Notes under the pieces: generated by a model
Database searches by the model: none
Told to the model about the DNA's origin: nothing
The model's input: the letters and a program-made list of their open reading frames with translations, nothing else
Source of the DNA: Myxococcota bacterium
GTDB taxonomy: Bacteria; Myxococcota_A; SURF-8; G963663525
Reading direction: 5' to 3'
DNA length: 64,000 bases
Assembly: GCA_963676915.2 (NCBI GenBank)
Contig: CAXXVK010000004.1
Location: 1 to 64,000, forward strand
Part shown: piece by piece, positions 9,001 to 19,685 of the stretch
Layout: each line of letters starts with the position of its first letter
Numbering within the stretch: position 1 is the stretch's first letter
Made by a program: the position numbers and the translations under genes

Positions 9001-10239
9001 ATGGACAAAAATATAAAGAAAAGCCCAAGCGAGTTATTTTGGAAATACACTTCTTGGCTAACCGGGTTTATCTTTCTAATATCAATACTAGCCCTTTTAT
9101 CTAATTTCGGTTACCCTTCTCTTAACATCTTGGATAGTTTTCATTTTAATTGCAATCTGGTTATTATAGTAGTTTTCGATTCAATTCTATTGGTTGTTTC
9201 ACTACACATGTGGTCTTCTATAGTCAATTCATACCTTTACAAGTGGGTCATTGACGACCAAGTGGAACTTGAAGAATGTAAAGATCAATACTTAAAAAAA
9301 GAAATACGGAAAAAACTTGGCAACAGGCAGTGTGGATATTGTGGGCACAAACTAGCTCCTTTAGTATGCAACAGGTGTGAATCTATCCAATGGGCAGACT
9401 TGCGCCAACTACGTTTATCTCAAATAGCCAATTCAAAAAACCTAAAAATTACCAATAGCTGGGGAAAAGAGTTAGGTCACAGTGATGAAACCCCAAGGCA
9501 ATGGGAACTGGCCGCATTTGTAGCTCATTTCAGATGGAGATTTATCGCATCCGTTTTATCTATTGTCATTGTCACCTTGCTCTCTCAGGGGTTTGAACTT
9601 TATTCAAATTTAAGCTGGCATATGCAAAATGAAAATACGTATCATGGTACACATGCTAAAAAACTTGTTGAAGCCGTTGCAGGAATGCAGAAAGGCTTCA
9701 AACAATTAGAACTTTATTGCTATGAATCAAACAATAATAATCTCTGGGCTAACACTGAAGAAACCCTTTGCAATAAAATTTATGATGATTTTTTAAAACA
9801 TTACTACACCCTTTCCTGGCAAGTCCCGATACTGGTAAAATATCTTCAAGAAAAAAAATGCAACCAGCCATCCTCCAAAATGCAAAAGCAGGTTTGCAGA
9901 ATTCTCAAGCAAGACGATATTGTCAGTAGATTTGACAAAATCTTTATCGGTTTCACTGAACACAATCGACAGTATATCCACAAAAGAAACAACAAAAGCA
10001 AAACTACAAACGAAAGGAACGTCACCAAAGAGGATATCGTTACCTCAATGGATAGAGCCAGATGTGGCCTGTTTTCAATGGCCTGCATGATAATCACAAC
10101 AACATTTGGACCAGACTATTCATTAGAAAAAGATTTCAAATCTTTCGACCCCTGTAAAAATTATTTGAATATTTTCGATGAAGAAGAAATAGATGCGTGC
10201 GTTTCGGAAATAATAGAAACAAGGAGAAATGCGCAATGA
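9001..10239 (+). CDS. Hypothetical membrane protein with CxxC-x8-CxxC zinc ribbon
   Basis: 412-aa ORF in AT-rich DNA; about 3 hydrophobic helices; CGYC...CNRC. Confidence 0.75.
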   Translation: MDKNIKKSPSELFWKYTSWLTGFIFLISILALLSNFGYPSLNILDSFHFNCNLVIIVVFDSILLVVSLHMWSSIVNSYLYKWVIDDQVELEECKDQYLKKEIRKKLGNRQCGYCGHKLAPLVCNRCESIQWADLRQLRLSQIANSKNLKITNSWGKELGHSDETPRQWELAAFVAHFRWRFIASVLSIVIVTLLSQGFELYSNLSWHMQNENTYHGTHAKKLVEAVAGMQKGFKQLELYCYESNNNNLWANTEETLCNKIYDDFLKHYYTLSWQVPILVKYLQEKKCNQPSSKMQKQVCRILKQDDIVSRFDKIFIGFTEHNRQYIHKRNNKSKTTNERNVTKEDIVTSMDRARCGLFSMACMIITTTFGPDYSLEKDFKSFDPCKNYLNIFDEEEIDACVSEIIETRRNAQ

Positions 10240-10688
10240 AGTCTTGTTCTTATCTCTTTCTCGTCAGTTGTTTTTTGTTTATTGTGTTAAGCATGGGAGG
10301 CTTTATTTTTCTGAATCTATTTGGTCCTTCAATCATTGAAAAAAAAGACAGAATATCGGTGAACACCATTGATATCGATAGAAAGAAATTAGAAATCCTT
10401 GAGTATTATAAGCAGTACTCGTTGATGAATTTTCAAGAACAATATCCAATTTTATTGGAGTGTAAGAGTGATGATAAGCGCTGTTCAACATCTTGGGACT
10501 TCACAAACTATATCTGTATTGTGAAGTATTCTTTTGTCGATCATTCCACATGGGTTCTGACACCAAACGAGTCTTTTTGGGATCGATTTCATAATAATAC
10601 CATAGTATATATGGTTTGGATTAGCATGTTATTTTTAATAATCACTGTTTTAAAATATAGTTGTTTATACATTGCCGTAAAAAAATAA
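10236..10688 (+). CDS. Hypothetical 2-TM membrane protein
   Basis: ATGA overlap with the upstream stop, AAGGAG RBS, N- and C-terminal hydrophobic helices. Confidence 0.7.
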   Translation: MKSCSYLFLVSCFLFIVLSMGGFIFLNLFGPSIIEKKDRISVNTIDIDRKKLEILEYYKQYSLMNFQEQYPILLECKSDDKRCSTSWDFTNYICIVKYSFVDHSTWVLTPNESFWDRFHNNTIVYMVWISMLFLIITVLKYSCLYIAVKK

Positions 10689-10725
10689 CAGAGACCAACT
10701 TCGTACCTGACCAAAACTCAAACGC

Positions 10726-10754
10726 GAAAAGGCGGGCAAAAAGCCCGCCTTTTC
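10726..10754. terminator. Bidirectional intrinsic terminator
   Basis: GAAAAGGCGGGC-AAAAA-GCCCGCCTTTTC between convergent genes. Confidence 0.8.
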
Positions 10755-10779
10755 TTTATTTCAAACTGAAACGTCGGAA

Positions 10780-11781
10780 TTATTCCGCGCCACTGGCGTT
10801 TTTGTCGAAATACCCGATTTCTTTGAAGAATTTGTCACCCTGGTATTTGCGGATCAGGTAGACAGGTTTCTGGCCTTCCTGAATCAGCCAGAAGTCTTTG
10901 TCGGATTTTCCTTCGGCCAGCGTCAACTTGAACTCGCTGCCATCCGCCATTAGGACGGACACCCGCGCCTTGGGTTTGTCCAGGTGATATTCGGTCGGAT
11001 CGCCCGGTTCATCCACAATCTCGGCCCAGTTCAGTTTCGACACCCCCGAGAGCAGCGGGCGCAAACGGTTGATGTCGATATCCATTTCCGGCTTGCCTTC
11101 TACAACCCATTTGGGTTGTGCAGGCGGTGCGGCTTCGGCGTTTTCCTGACCTTCGGTCGGTGGAGTTGCCGGAGTTTCTTTGGCGAAAACGAGGTTTTCT
11201 CCCTTGCCCAGTTTGTCGATCGTGAGTTTGATGATGTTGTCCTGGTTGAGGCTGAGAATGGTTTTGTCCCGCCAGTCCGCAGGTTTACGCACGATAGAGG
11301 AACGAATCACGCCCTTCGTGGCGTAGACGTGGTTGTCGTCGGGCAGACGAACGAAACTTCCCGAATAATCGGCCGTGTTTTTGCCGACGATCAGGCTCAA
11401 CAGTTCGGAACCGCCCGCGAAAAGTTTCAGCCGAGCGCCTGTTTCGTCCACCTCGAAACTGCCGTGCTTATCGGGATTGTCGCTGATGAGGTGCGAAATC
11501 TCCAGCTTCTCCATCCGTTCGAGCAGGGTTTTGACGAAGCTTTCGTTGGCTTTGGCATCGGAAAGAGAGGTCATCACCCAACCATTGTTACGTTTTTCCA
11601 ACGTAACGGACTCGGTTTCCCGAACGATTTCGATCTTCTCGATTTTGTCCTTTTCAATCGTCGGCAGCAGGTTTTTCGGTTCCTCGATTTTCGAGTCATA
11701 AGGATCGGTGCGAACCAGCAGCACGATCAGCAAAAGGACGACGAACGCGGCTATGGACAGAATGGTTTTTTTATCCCACAT
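10780..11781 (-). CDS. DUF4340-type protein
   Basis: N-terminal TM anchor, LIVGKN...FVR...WRDKTIL pattern; usual fourth gene of GldAFG-like operons. Confidence 0.75.
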   Translation of the reverse strand: MWDKKTILSIAAFVVLLLIVLLVRTDPYDSKIEEPKNLLPTIEKDKIEKIEIVRETESVTLEKRNNGWVMTSLSDAKANESFVKTLLERMEKLEISHLISDNPDKHGSFEVDETGARLKLFAGGSELLSLIVGKNTADYSGSFVRLPDDNHVYATKGVIRSSIVRKPADWRDKTILSLNQDNIIKLTIDKLGKGENLVFAKETPATPPTEGQENAEAAPPAQPKWVVEGKPEMDIDINRLRPLLSGVSKLNWAEIVDEPGDPTEYHLDKPKARVSVLMADGSEFKLTLAEGKSDKDFWLIQEGQKPVYLIRKYQGDKFFKEIGYFDKNASGAE

Positions 11782-11805
11782 CGAAGTGACCTCCGTGCAT
11801 CTGGT

Positions 11806-13548
11806 TTATTTGACAAGCTTTTTCACACCATCGCGACGGGAGCGCCGAAGCTGCCAGAGCATGATCCCGAACAGGATGAACACCAGCGGCACGCCCAATG
11901 CATTGCCCCATTTGACCGCGAGTTTCGTGCTGTCTTCCACCTGTTCGATGGGGCTGATGCCTCCATCGCGGGAACGAATGGAAATCAGCGCTTCGTCCGC
12001 CATCAGCCAGTCCACCACGTTGGCGAAGAAAATGAAGTTGGGACGGTCGAGGAAATCGTTTTGGACGAACGAACCATCCGCGATAACCATAATCCGGCCC
12101 TCGCTCACGGATTCTTTCAGAGCGTCGGGGGACTGCCAAGGGTTCGAACCGGAAACGGTCGCATCCTGCCGGTTGGCGAAATAGCTGGTAAAGATACCGG
12201 TCGCCGTAGCACCGAGAATGAACGGTCCTTCTTTGGCTCCGGCTGCGGGTTGCAACGGATTCATCGGGTTGATCTGGTAAAACCCTTTTTCCTGCCAACT
12301 CGACTGGCTGGACTTCATGAACCACTCGATCTGACGTGTATCGGTGGAAGCCGCCAATTCCAGAGACGAAATGAAGGGAAAGCTCAGCCCGTCGGCATCT
12401 TTGGTCAAGGTCATGTCGCGGTTGAACTCGGTCACAACGGGAATGTAGGGATAGGCAACGATCGTCTGCAACTGCATCGGCCCACGATTCTGCTGCATGG
12501 TGATGCGCTTGTTTTGCAGGTCGAGCACCAGATCCTTGCCCATCGTGATACCGTATCCCGAAACCATATCGTACAACCCGTGGTCGAGATCCTGCCCCTG
12601 GAAGGTTTGCAGATTCACGTTCACGTTGTCGAGCAGGAAAGCCACCGTGCGGCCTTTCATTAGGAACTGATCGATCTGGAACAGGGCGTCGTCGGTGAGT
12701 TTTTCCTTGGGCGCGGCGACGATCAACGTCTCGGCGTCATCGGGAATCGTAGGATCGTCTTTGGAAAGATCCACATCGATGATTTTGTAATTGGTCGCGA
12801 GGTTGTCGCGTACGTTCTGAGTCTGTTCCGCCGTCGGAGCACCGAAACCGGTCATGAACGCCACGGTGCGCAGTTTCTCGGCAATCAGTTTGCGAACCGT
12901 GCTGGTGATTTCGTATTCAAGCTGGCGAGAGCCGCGAACCACCGGAATCACTTCCTTTTTCGTGCCATAGTAGAACACGATACCCAGGTAGACCTGAATC
13001 ATCTGAAACTCGTCGCGATCCAGTTTGTTGATCTGCACCGGGGGAACGCCCAGCATGGTCAATTCCTGCTTGACCTGCTCGTCTCCACCGGGATCGATGA
13101 TTTCGAAACGGAATTTTCCCGAAGAATATGCCTGGTACTCCTCCAGAAGATCCTTGATGAACTGACTGTGCTGATTGTAGGGCGGCGGCAGTTCGGCGGT
13201 GAGATACACCTTGGCAATGACCTGGTCGTCCAGTGAACGCATCAGGTCTTTCGAAGAATCCGACAGCGAGTACATTTTATTGGCTGTCAGATCGGCGCGG
13301 GTGAAGAACTCTGTGGAGATCATGTTGACCATCACGAGCGCACCCAGAATGAAGAAATGGTAAGGTTTCAGGAAACTTACCAAAGCACCGAGTACGCCGA
13401 AAAGGAAGGCCGTGACGATGACATGGACCGGTTCGTACGCACCGACGATCCCCAGCACCGCACCGATGACGAGAAAGCCCAGGGAAAAGATCACCGTAAT
13501 GATCTGTTGGTTGTCCATCAGGCGGGTTTTATTGGTAGCATTCGACAT
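11806..13548 (-). CDS. gldG: GldG-like ABC transporter auxiliary component
   Basis: RADLTANKMYSLS, LLEEY, IIDP, LEYEITS, IDQFLMKG, NVVDWL...LISIRSR; extra N-terminal TM helices. Confidence 0.8.
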   Translation of the reverse strand: MSNATNKTRLMDNQQIITVIFSLGFLVIGAVLGIVGAYEPVHVIVTAFLFGVLGALVSFLKPYHFFILGALVMVNMISTEFFTRADLTANKMYSLSDSSKDLMRSLDDQVIAKVYLTAELPPPYNQHSQFIKDLLEEYQAYSSGKFRFEIIDPGGDEQVKQELTMLGVPPVQINKLDRDEFQMIQVYLGIVFYYGTKKEVIPVVRGSRQLEYEITSTVRKLIAEKLRTVAFMTGFGAPTAEQTQNVRDNLATNYKIIDVDLSKDDPTIPDDAETLIVAAPKEKLTDDALFQIDQFLMKGRTVAFLLDNVNVNLQTFQGQDLDHGLYDMVSGYGITMGKDLVLDLQNKRITMQQNRGPMQLQTIVAYPYIPVVTEFNRDMTLTKDADGLSFPFISSLELAASTDTRQIEWFMKSSQSSWQEKGFYQINPMNPLQPAAGAKEGPFILGATATGIFTSYFANRQDATVSGSNPWQSPDALKESVSEGRIMVIADGSFVQNDFLDRPNFIFFANVVDWLMADEALISIRSRDGGISPIEQVEDSTKLAVKWGNALGVPLVFILFGIMLWQLRRSRRDGVKKLVK

Positions 13549-13560
13549 CGTTACACCCCC

Positions 13561-14730
13561 TTATCGCCACTTTTCGGTGGTCATGAAATGAATCGCGAGC
13601 ATCAACGTACCGGAGATGAAGGTCAGGTAGTAGATGATGTTGCGCGAGTCGATCACGCCCCGAATGATGTTTTCGAAGTGGTATCCCGGCGAGAGGAATT
13701 CCGCCGCCGAGGCGATCGGGGACGGCAGGATCATGGTGAAATACGGACTGGCGAGCAACCAGAACGCCAGACAGGTGACCCAACCCAGGATCACGGCGAC
13801 GATCTGGCTGTTGGTCCAGGTCGAGCACAACGTACCCAAGGCAAGGTAGGAAGCCCCTAAAAACAGTAAGCCGATGTATCCGCCGACGACGGCTCCCCAA
13901 TCGAGGTTGCCCATCGAGGAAACCGTCAGAGCATACGGCAGGGTTAACAAAAGCGCCACGGCAATCAACCCCAACGCGGCAAGATATTTACCGATAACGA
14001 TCTGCGCAGGTCCGACCGGCAGGGTCATCAGCAATTCGATGGTTCCGGCCCGTTTTTCCTCGGCGATCAATCGCATGGTGATGGCAGGGGAAATGAAAAC
14101 GAAAGCGACGGCGATCATCGAGAACATCGGCCGTAACGACACCTGCCCGGCCAGGAAAAATTGCTGGAAGAACAGGAAGCCGATCACCAGCAAAAAGGCC
14201 GAGATAACAATGTAGGCGACAGGAGAATGGAAATAAGCGATGAATTCCTTACGGAAAATGAACAGCGACGTGGAAACCGGTCGCCATTTCGCCAACTTAT
14301 GCCCATGCAGCATCATCAGCACACCACCGATCAATCCGATGACATGGGAGACGATCTGAAGCGCAAGCCCGAGCGTTCCGGCGGTGTTCACCTCGGCGGC
14401 CCGCAGGATTCCTTGAACGATCATGTGGAACACAAGCAACAGGCCGAAGATCGTAAGCGATCCTATGGCGAGTTTGCCGAATGCTGCCGAAAGCTGGCTG
14501 GCAAACGGTGCTCGGGCAATCCATTCTTCCTTGGCTTCCAACTCGGGATCGGTCTTGCCCAATCCTGCGATTTCGAGCAGCAGCACGAGGAAAGACGATT
14601 CGCATACCACGAGAAAAACGGTAAAGAAGAGAAACGCTCCCAGCGAGGCATCCAGATCCCACATCGTGGCGGTGATCAGAGCCATAACCAGGTTGGCCAG
14701 CAGCATGGCCGACGGGACGGCGTATTTCAT
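13561..14730 (-). CDS. gldF: GldF-like ABC-2 permease with N-terminal 4-TM extension
   Basis: RKEFIAYFHSPVAY, PAITMRLIAEEKRAGTIELLMTLP, GKYLA. Confidence 0.8.
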   Translation of the reverse strand: MKYAVPSAMLLANLVMALITATMWDLDASLGAFLFFTVFLVVCESSFLVLLLEIAGLGKTDPELEAKEEWIARAPFASQLSAAFGKLAIGSLTIFGLLLVFHMIVQGILRAAEVNTAGTLGLALQIVSHVIGLIGGVLMMLHGHKLAKWRPVSTSLFIFRKEFIAYFHSPVAYIVISAFLLVIGFLFFQQFFLAGQVSLRPMFSMIAVAFVFISPAITMRLIAEEKRAGTIELLMTLPVGPAQIVIGKYLAALGLIAVALLLTLPYALTVSSMGNLDWGAVVGGYIGLLFLGASYLALGTLCSTWTNSQIVAVILGWVTCLAFWLLASPYFTMILPSPIASAAEFLSPGYHFENIIRGVIDSRNIIYYLTFISGTLMLAIHFMTTEKWR

Positions 14731-14762
14731 GATTCGCACTCCTTTATCTTTCGCTTCCGCCC

Positions 14763-15717
14763 TCAGGCGGCCTCCGAACGGCCTGCATCGGATTGGGTCA
14801 GTTTCTGGAAAATGTCTTCGAGGCTGACTTGCTCGACGCTCATTTCAAGCACCACCCATTGATTGGAAACGGCGCATTGGAAGATTTTCGCCCGAATGTC
14901 CTGCCCTTTCTGGGCTTCGATCAGGTAGCGGGACTCGGAACCGGGACCACCCAACTCCTGAACATTCTTGACGAAATCAACCGACTGCAAGATCTTGGCG
15001 GCGTCTTCGTACGCTTTGTCGAGAGTCAGCGTAATACGAGCGGCACCCTGCTCGCGGGCCGTCAATTCGTCGGGAGTCCCATCGGCCACCAGTTTCCCGT
15101 CGTTGATGATCACCACCCGGTTGCAGGTCGCGGTGACTTCGGGAAGAATGTGCGTAGACAGGATGACGGTTTTTTCCTCGCCGATGCTCTTGATCAGGTT
15201 GCGGATACCACGAATCTGGTTCGGGTCGAGACCGGAGGTCGGCTCGTCGAGAATGAGAATTTCCGGATCGTGGATCAGTGCCTGTGCCAATCCGACACGC
15301 TGTTGATATCCGTGGGAAAGTTCGTAAATGGACCGTCCCAGGACATCCTCCAGGCCGCAGACTTCCACCGACTGGCTCAACGCACTACGTAGCTTAGAAG
15401 GTGGAATTTCCCGCATTTCCGCGATAAAGCGCAGGTAATCGATGACCATCATGTCTTCATACAACGGAAAACTCTGCGGCATGTAACCGATCAACCGCTT
15501 GATTTCCATCGGATGGGTCGAAACCTGCATATCCTTGACCTTGACGCTGCCGTATGTAGGCGTCACGTAGCCGGTCAAAATCTTCATTGTGGTGGTTTTT
15601 CCGGCACCGTTCGGGCCCGAGAAAACCCAAAATTTCCCCCTTTTGTATTTCGAAGGAAATGTTGTCCACAGCCTTGACGAGTCCGTACTCCTTCGTCAGT
15701 TCTTGAACTGAAATCAT
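14763..15717 (-). CDS. gldA: GldA-like ABC ATPase (one frameshift in Walker A near 15615)
   Basis: MISVQELTK...GFLG joins PNGAGKTT after removing one base; LSHGYQQRV signature, ILDEPT Walker B, STH. Confidence 0.8.
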
Positions 15718-16016
15718 CGGATTCTCCTCTGATTATCCATACATGGCGCTAGTTGTCCTTGCGTATACAATGTTTGCTGACTGCGGTAAACAAAAAACCG
15801 GCCGCGTTTATTTCCAAAAAACGCAACTTTTTATTTTTTTTACGAATGAGCCTCTTGCAAAAAATCAGAACTTCAATCCGTTCAGGACTTTGTCACGTCT
15901 CAAAATTGGAACAGGATTGTATCCTGCTTTTGGAGGGAACCTTCCGAATTTCTTGCAACCTATGTTAGGTTCGAGTTGTAGTGAACCATGGGGTTTCTCG
16001 AAACAATCGGACGACC

Positions 16017-17243
16017 ATGAAACGACTGTTCAAAATCTGTGCGCTTGGACTGTGGGCAAGCCTGGCCTGGAGCCTTTGGTTCGATCAAGCCTTCGCACTT
16101 GCTGGACTGCTTTGTTTCGTGCTTCTCGACGTATTTTCCAAATCCTTGTTTTTTCAAGATATTTTCAAAATTCAGCAGCCGTTTTCATCGCACCGAATTC
16201 CCTGGAATATGCTGCTTTCCTGGCTGCTGCTCGTGGGGTTGTCCTGGCTATCGGCTTTAGGAAAACCTTTCGAGGCCGAACGAAGTTTCGGACTCTGGGT
16301 GATGGTCGCAGTGCTGCCGTTGAGTGTTTTCGGACTTCGTCCCCAACTGGAGCGGGAAGGACCGTGGAAACTGCTGGCGGTCCTGTTGATGATTGTCGGC
16401 GGATACGGTCTCGTTCAAACGTTCACCGGGGTGGACCTGATGCGCCCAGGCCATCCCGCCACCTATCTATCTCCCGTTTCCCAAAGCAACTATGCGATTA
16501 TCGGTGGCTTCAATCGCCACCATACTTACGCCACGGTTACCATGCTTTTGCTGCTAATGCTTGGGGGACGCTTGCTGGATACATCCTCGAAACAGTTGAA
16601 AACACTTGGAATTTCGGCCTTGGTCGTTTCGAGCGCTTCCGTGTTGCTCTGTCCTTCGCGTGCAGCGTGGCTGGGAGGACTGGCCGGAGCGGCGGTGCTT
16701 GGAACCATCGCAGGAAAAAACAGAAAATTTCTTTGGATTTCCATAGGTTGCATTCTCATCTTTTTGCTCTTGTTTCCCCCCTCCAGAGAACGACTTCTTC
16801 AGGCAACCCAGCGTTTCGGCCTGGAAGACCGTCAGACCATCCTAGCCGTGGCCGGTGCGCAGCTCATCGACCATCCCGGAGGCATAGGTTACGGACGTTT
16901 CGCCTGGGAAGCCGCTGCGGATTTCGAAGCCACCCGGATTCCGGTCAAGGTTCGTTCCGGTACGCATAGCGATGCTCTCTCGATGCTCGTCGGCGGCGGA
17001 CCGCTTTTGGCGCTAGCGTGGGGACTGTTCGGGTTGTCGCTGATGATGTCGCTGGGGAGGGCGATTCAACAAAATCCGAAACGACGAGGATACTTTGGAG
17101 GGTTGCTGGCCGCCATGGTTTGCTACCATTTATGTGCGCTTTTCCACAACTCGCTGCAAGACGGTGAAATCGCTTACGTTTTCTGGACGATCGTTGGACT
17201 CAGCCTTCCGATGGCAGTCTCTGACTCTTTTTCAGATCCCTGA
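16017..17243 (+). CDS. O-antigen ligase (Wzy_C/WaaL-like) membrane protein
   Basis: Multiple TM helices, SRAAWLG, R...HP.GIGYG.F and THSD motifs. Confidence 0.75.
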   Translation: MKRLFKICALGLWASLAWSLWFDQAFALAGLLCFVLLDVFSKSLFFQDIFKIQQPFSSHRIPWNMLLSWLLLVGLSWLSALGKPFEAERSFGLWVMVAVLPLSVFGLRPQLEREGPWKLLAVLLMIVGGYGLVQTFTGVDLMRPGHPATYLSPVSQSNYAIIGGFNRHHTYATVTMLLLLMLGGRLLDTSSKQLKTLGISALVVSSASVLLCPSRAAWLGGLAGAAVLGTIAGKNRKFLWISIGCILIFLLLFPPSRERLLQATQRFGLEDRQTILAVAGAQLIDHPGGIGYGRFAWEAAADFEATRIPVKVRSGTHSDALSMLVGGGPLLALAWGLFGLSLMMSLGRAIQQNPKRRGYFGGLLAAMVCYHLCALFHNSLQDGEIAYVFWTIVGLSLPMAVSDSFSDP

Positions 17244-17512
17244 TGCAAATATCTGTCATTTTATTGCAGATGATTCGTAAAAATTTGTGAATATTCTTCC
17301 TCTTTATGGGTCTATGAAGGTGAGTACCAAATCGATCCATGAAAGAAAAAAGGAAGTGAATTGTAGTCAACTTCCCGGTTTTCTTGGATTTTCAGGTTGA
17401 CAGCGAGTGAAAAAGCGAAGTAAATGGGTAGAGATAACAGACAACTCGTTTGAGGGTTTTGACGGTCGATTTTCGCACACGGTTCTACCGCAAGGCGGAG
17501 GAGGATGACAAG

Positions 17513-18412
17513 ATGAAGAAATTTTTCGGAATTTGGGTTCTGGCGGCAACATTGTTGCTGTTCGCTTTTCCGGCTGGAGCCGAGGACGTCGTGTCCCAGG
17601 CCGGGAAGGGAAAAGTCAACTGGACCCAGAAAGTGATCACCTTCACGGGTGACGGTGCCCCTAACCTGGAAGGTCCGAACCGGGCCATGAACGCCGCGCA
17701 GGCCCGCCTCGGAGCGGAACGCGCCGCCAAAATGATGGCCTTGCGCCAGGCGCTCGAAGTCGTCAAAGGCATTCAGTTGGATGCTCAAGGCACCGCCGGT
17801 GACGCCATGCAAGGCAACGCCAAAATTGCGGCTTCGGTCCAAGGCGTGATCAAAAACTGGAGCGTCGTCAACATCCGGTACTACTCGGACGGTGGCGTTC
17901 AGGTAGACGTGAAAGTTCCCCTCGACGGCGTATTGACCCAGGCCATGCTCCGCCCGGCGAAACTGCCGAACGACGTACCCAAGCCCAGCGATCCGGCCCA
18001 GGCCGTCGCCATGACCCAAAAGGGTGAAAAAGCCAAAGCCGGTGCCGCCCCCGCGCAGCACCCCAAAGCCCCGAAAGCGGCCCAGGGTCCGACCGGCCTG
18101 ATCGTCGTCGCCAAAGGCATCGACCTGAAACCGGCCGTTGCCCCCAAACTGTTGGATGAAGACGGAAAAACCGTTTACAGCGCAGACAGCATCGAGGGCG
18201 ATTTTTCGAATGGCGTGGCTACCTACCTGAACAGCCAGCAACTGGCGATGAAAAACGATCTGGTTGCCAGCAACCCGATGGTCGTCACGGCGATGAAAAG
18301 CGCTAACGGCGTAGATCTGACCATCAGCAAGACGGACGCCGAGAAAGTCCGTCAATTGGCCATGATGTCCCCGGTCCTCAAAGAGGGCAAAGTCATCATC
18401 GTCACCAAGTAA
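17513..18412 (+). CDS. Secreted LPP20-like protein
   Basis: Signal peptide, VNWT...GDGAP...AERAAKMMALRQ, TGLIVVAKG...PAVAPK; strong RBS. Confidence 0.65.
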   Translation: MKKFFGIWVLAATLLLFAFPAGAEDVVSQAGKGKVNWTQKVITFTGDGAPNLEGPNRAMNAAQARLGAERAAKMMALRQALEVVKGIQLDAQGTAGDAMQGNAKIAASVQGVIKNWSVVNIRYYSDGGVQVDVKVPLDGVLTQAMLRPAKLPNDVPKPSDPAQAVAMTQKGEKAKAGAAPAQHPKAPKAAQGPTGLIVVAKGIDLKPAVAPKLLDEDGKTVYSADSIEGDFSNGVATYLNSQQLAMKNDLVASNPMVVTAMKSANGVDLTISKTDAEKVRQLAMMSPVLKEGKVIIVTK

Positions 18413-18469
18413 TTCCGCCACGGCGGTGAATTTTGAACGCAATTCCGAGCCTTTCAAGGAGAAGATGCA

Positions 18470-19645
18470 ATGAAACAGGTTTTCAAGGTATTGGCGGCGT
18501 TCCTGGCATTGGCGGTGATGACTCAAGCCGTTGCGATGGCCCAGGACGCGCAAACGATAAAAGTCAAGGGTGAAGGTGTTATTTTTAACAACGACAAAGC
18601 CCTGGCCAAAGACAAAGCCATCGAGGACGCCCTGCGTAAAGCAGTCGAACAGGTGGCTGGCACGTTGGTCAGCAGCTCCACACTCGTGGACAACTTCGTC
18701 ACGGTCGAAGACAAAATCTACGCGCAATCGCGTGGGTACGTGCAAAAGCACCGTGTGCTCTCCGAGCGCGTTTCCGATGGCGTGTTCATCGTGGACGTGG
18801 AAGCCACCGTGGCCAAAAGCGCTCTGAAAAAAGATCTCGACAGCATCCTGGCGGGGATTGTCCAACGCAAGGAATTCCCCCGAATGCTGCTCCTGATTTC
18901 CGAGCAGAACATCGACCAGAAAGCCCTTCAGGGCGCGGCGATGGTCTTTTCGATGAGCGCTGTGGAAAACAAGCTCATCGACGAATTGTCCCCCATCGGC
19001 TTCACCTTCGTGGACCCGCAGGTGCTCAGCGGACGTGTCACCGAATCGATGGCCGCCGGACTGATGGCCGCCGATAGTGGTGCCCAGGTACAGGCCGCCC
19101 GTCAGATCAGCGACCTGACCGACGCTCAAGTCATTGTGTTGGGTCAAGCCGTGGCCACCAACGCCGGAAACGTCATGGAAGGCGTCCGACTGCAATCGGG
19201 ACAAGCCGATGTCAACGTGCGGGTCATCAACGCCGACAACGGGCAGATTCTGCTCACCGCCAGCACCCATGCTGCTGCGGCGCACATCAATGCCTCGACC
19301 GCCGGGACCAAAGCCCTGCAAAAAGCCGCCGTCAAACTGTCCGGCAAATTGAAAGAAAAACTGGCCGAAAAATGGGCCAGCAGCGTCGGAACCATTACCC
19401 TCGACGTGACCGGAATCACCGGCTATCAGGATCTCGTACTGCTCAAGCAGATCCTTCAGAACATGGTTCGCGGCGTCAAAGGCGTCACCGAACGTCGGAT
19501 GCGTAAAGACGGAGCCATGCTGGATGTATTCTTCGATGGTAAATCCGACTTCCTCGCGGCGGAACTGACCGGCAAGAAGTTCGATCTCAAATTCGAGATC
19601 CTGGAAAAAACCGCCAACCGGATGAAAGTCAAAATCAGCCGCTAA
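18470..19645 (+). CDS. Secreted protein with FlgT N-terminal-like domain
   Basis: Signal peptide, AKDKAIEDALRKAVEQVAG...STLV...I...SRGYV. Confidence 0.7.
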   Translation: MKQVFKVLAAFLALAVMTQAVAMAQDAQTIKVKGEGVIFNNDKALAKDKAIEDALRKAVEQVAGTLVSSSTLVDNFVTVEDKIYAQSRGYVQKHRVLSERVSDGVFIVDVEATVAKSALKKDLDSILAGIVQRKEFPRMLLLISEQNIDQKALQGAAMVFSMSAVENKLIDELSPIGFTFVDPQVLSGRVTESMAAGLMAADSGAQVQAARQISDLTDAQVIVLGQAVATNAGNVMEGVRLQSGQADVNVRVINADNGQILLTASTHAAAAHINASTAGTKALQKAAVKLSGKLKEKLAEKWASSVGTITLDVTGITGYQDLVLLKQILQNMVRGVKGVTERRMRKDGAMLDVFFDGKSDFLAAELTGKKFDLKFEILEKTANRMKVKISR

Positions 19646-19685
19646 ATCGTAATGATTTAGACAAGGTTGATCAAGGAGGCAAACC

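Noticed and set aside
10984-12663. 559-aa + strand ORF
   Set aside because: Antisense shadow of the gldG and DUF4340 genes.
15601-15620. gldA break as a pseudogene or programmed shift
   Set aside because: A single extra base in GGGCCC inside Walker A with the rest of the operon intact; most likely a sequencing error.
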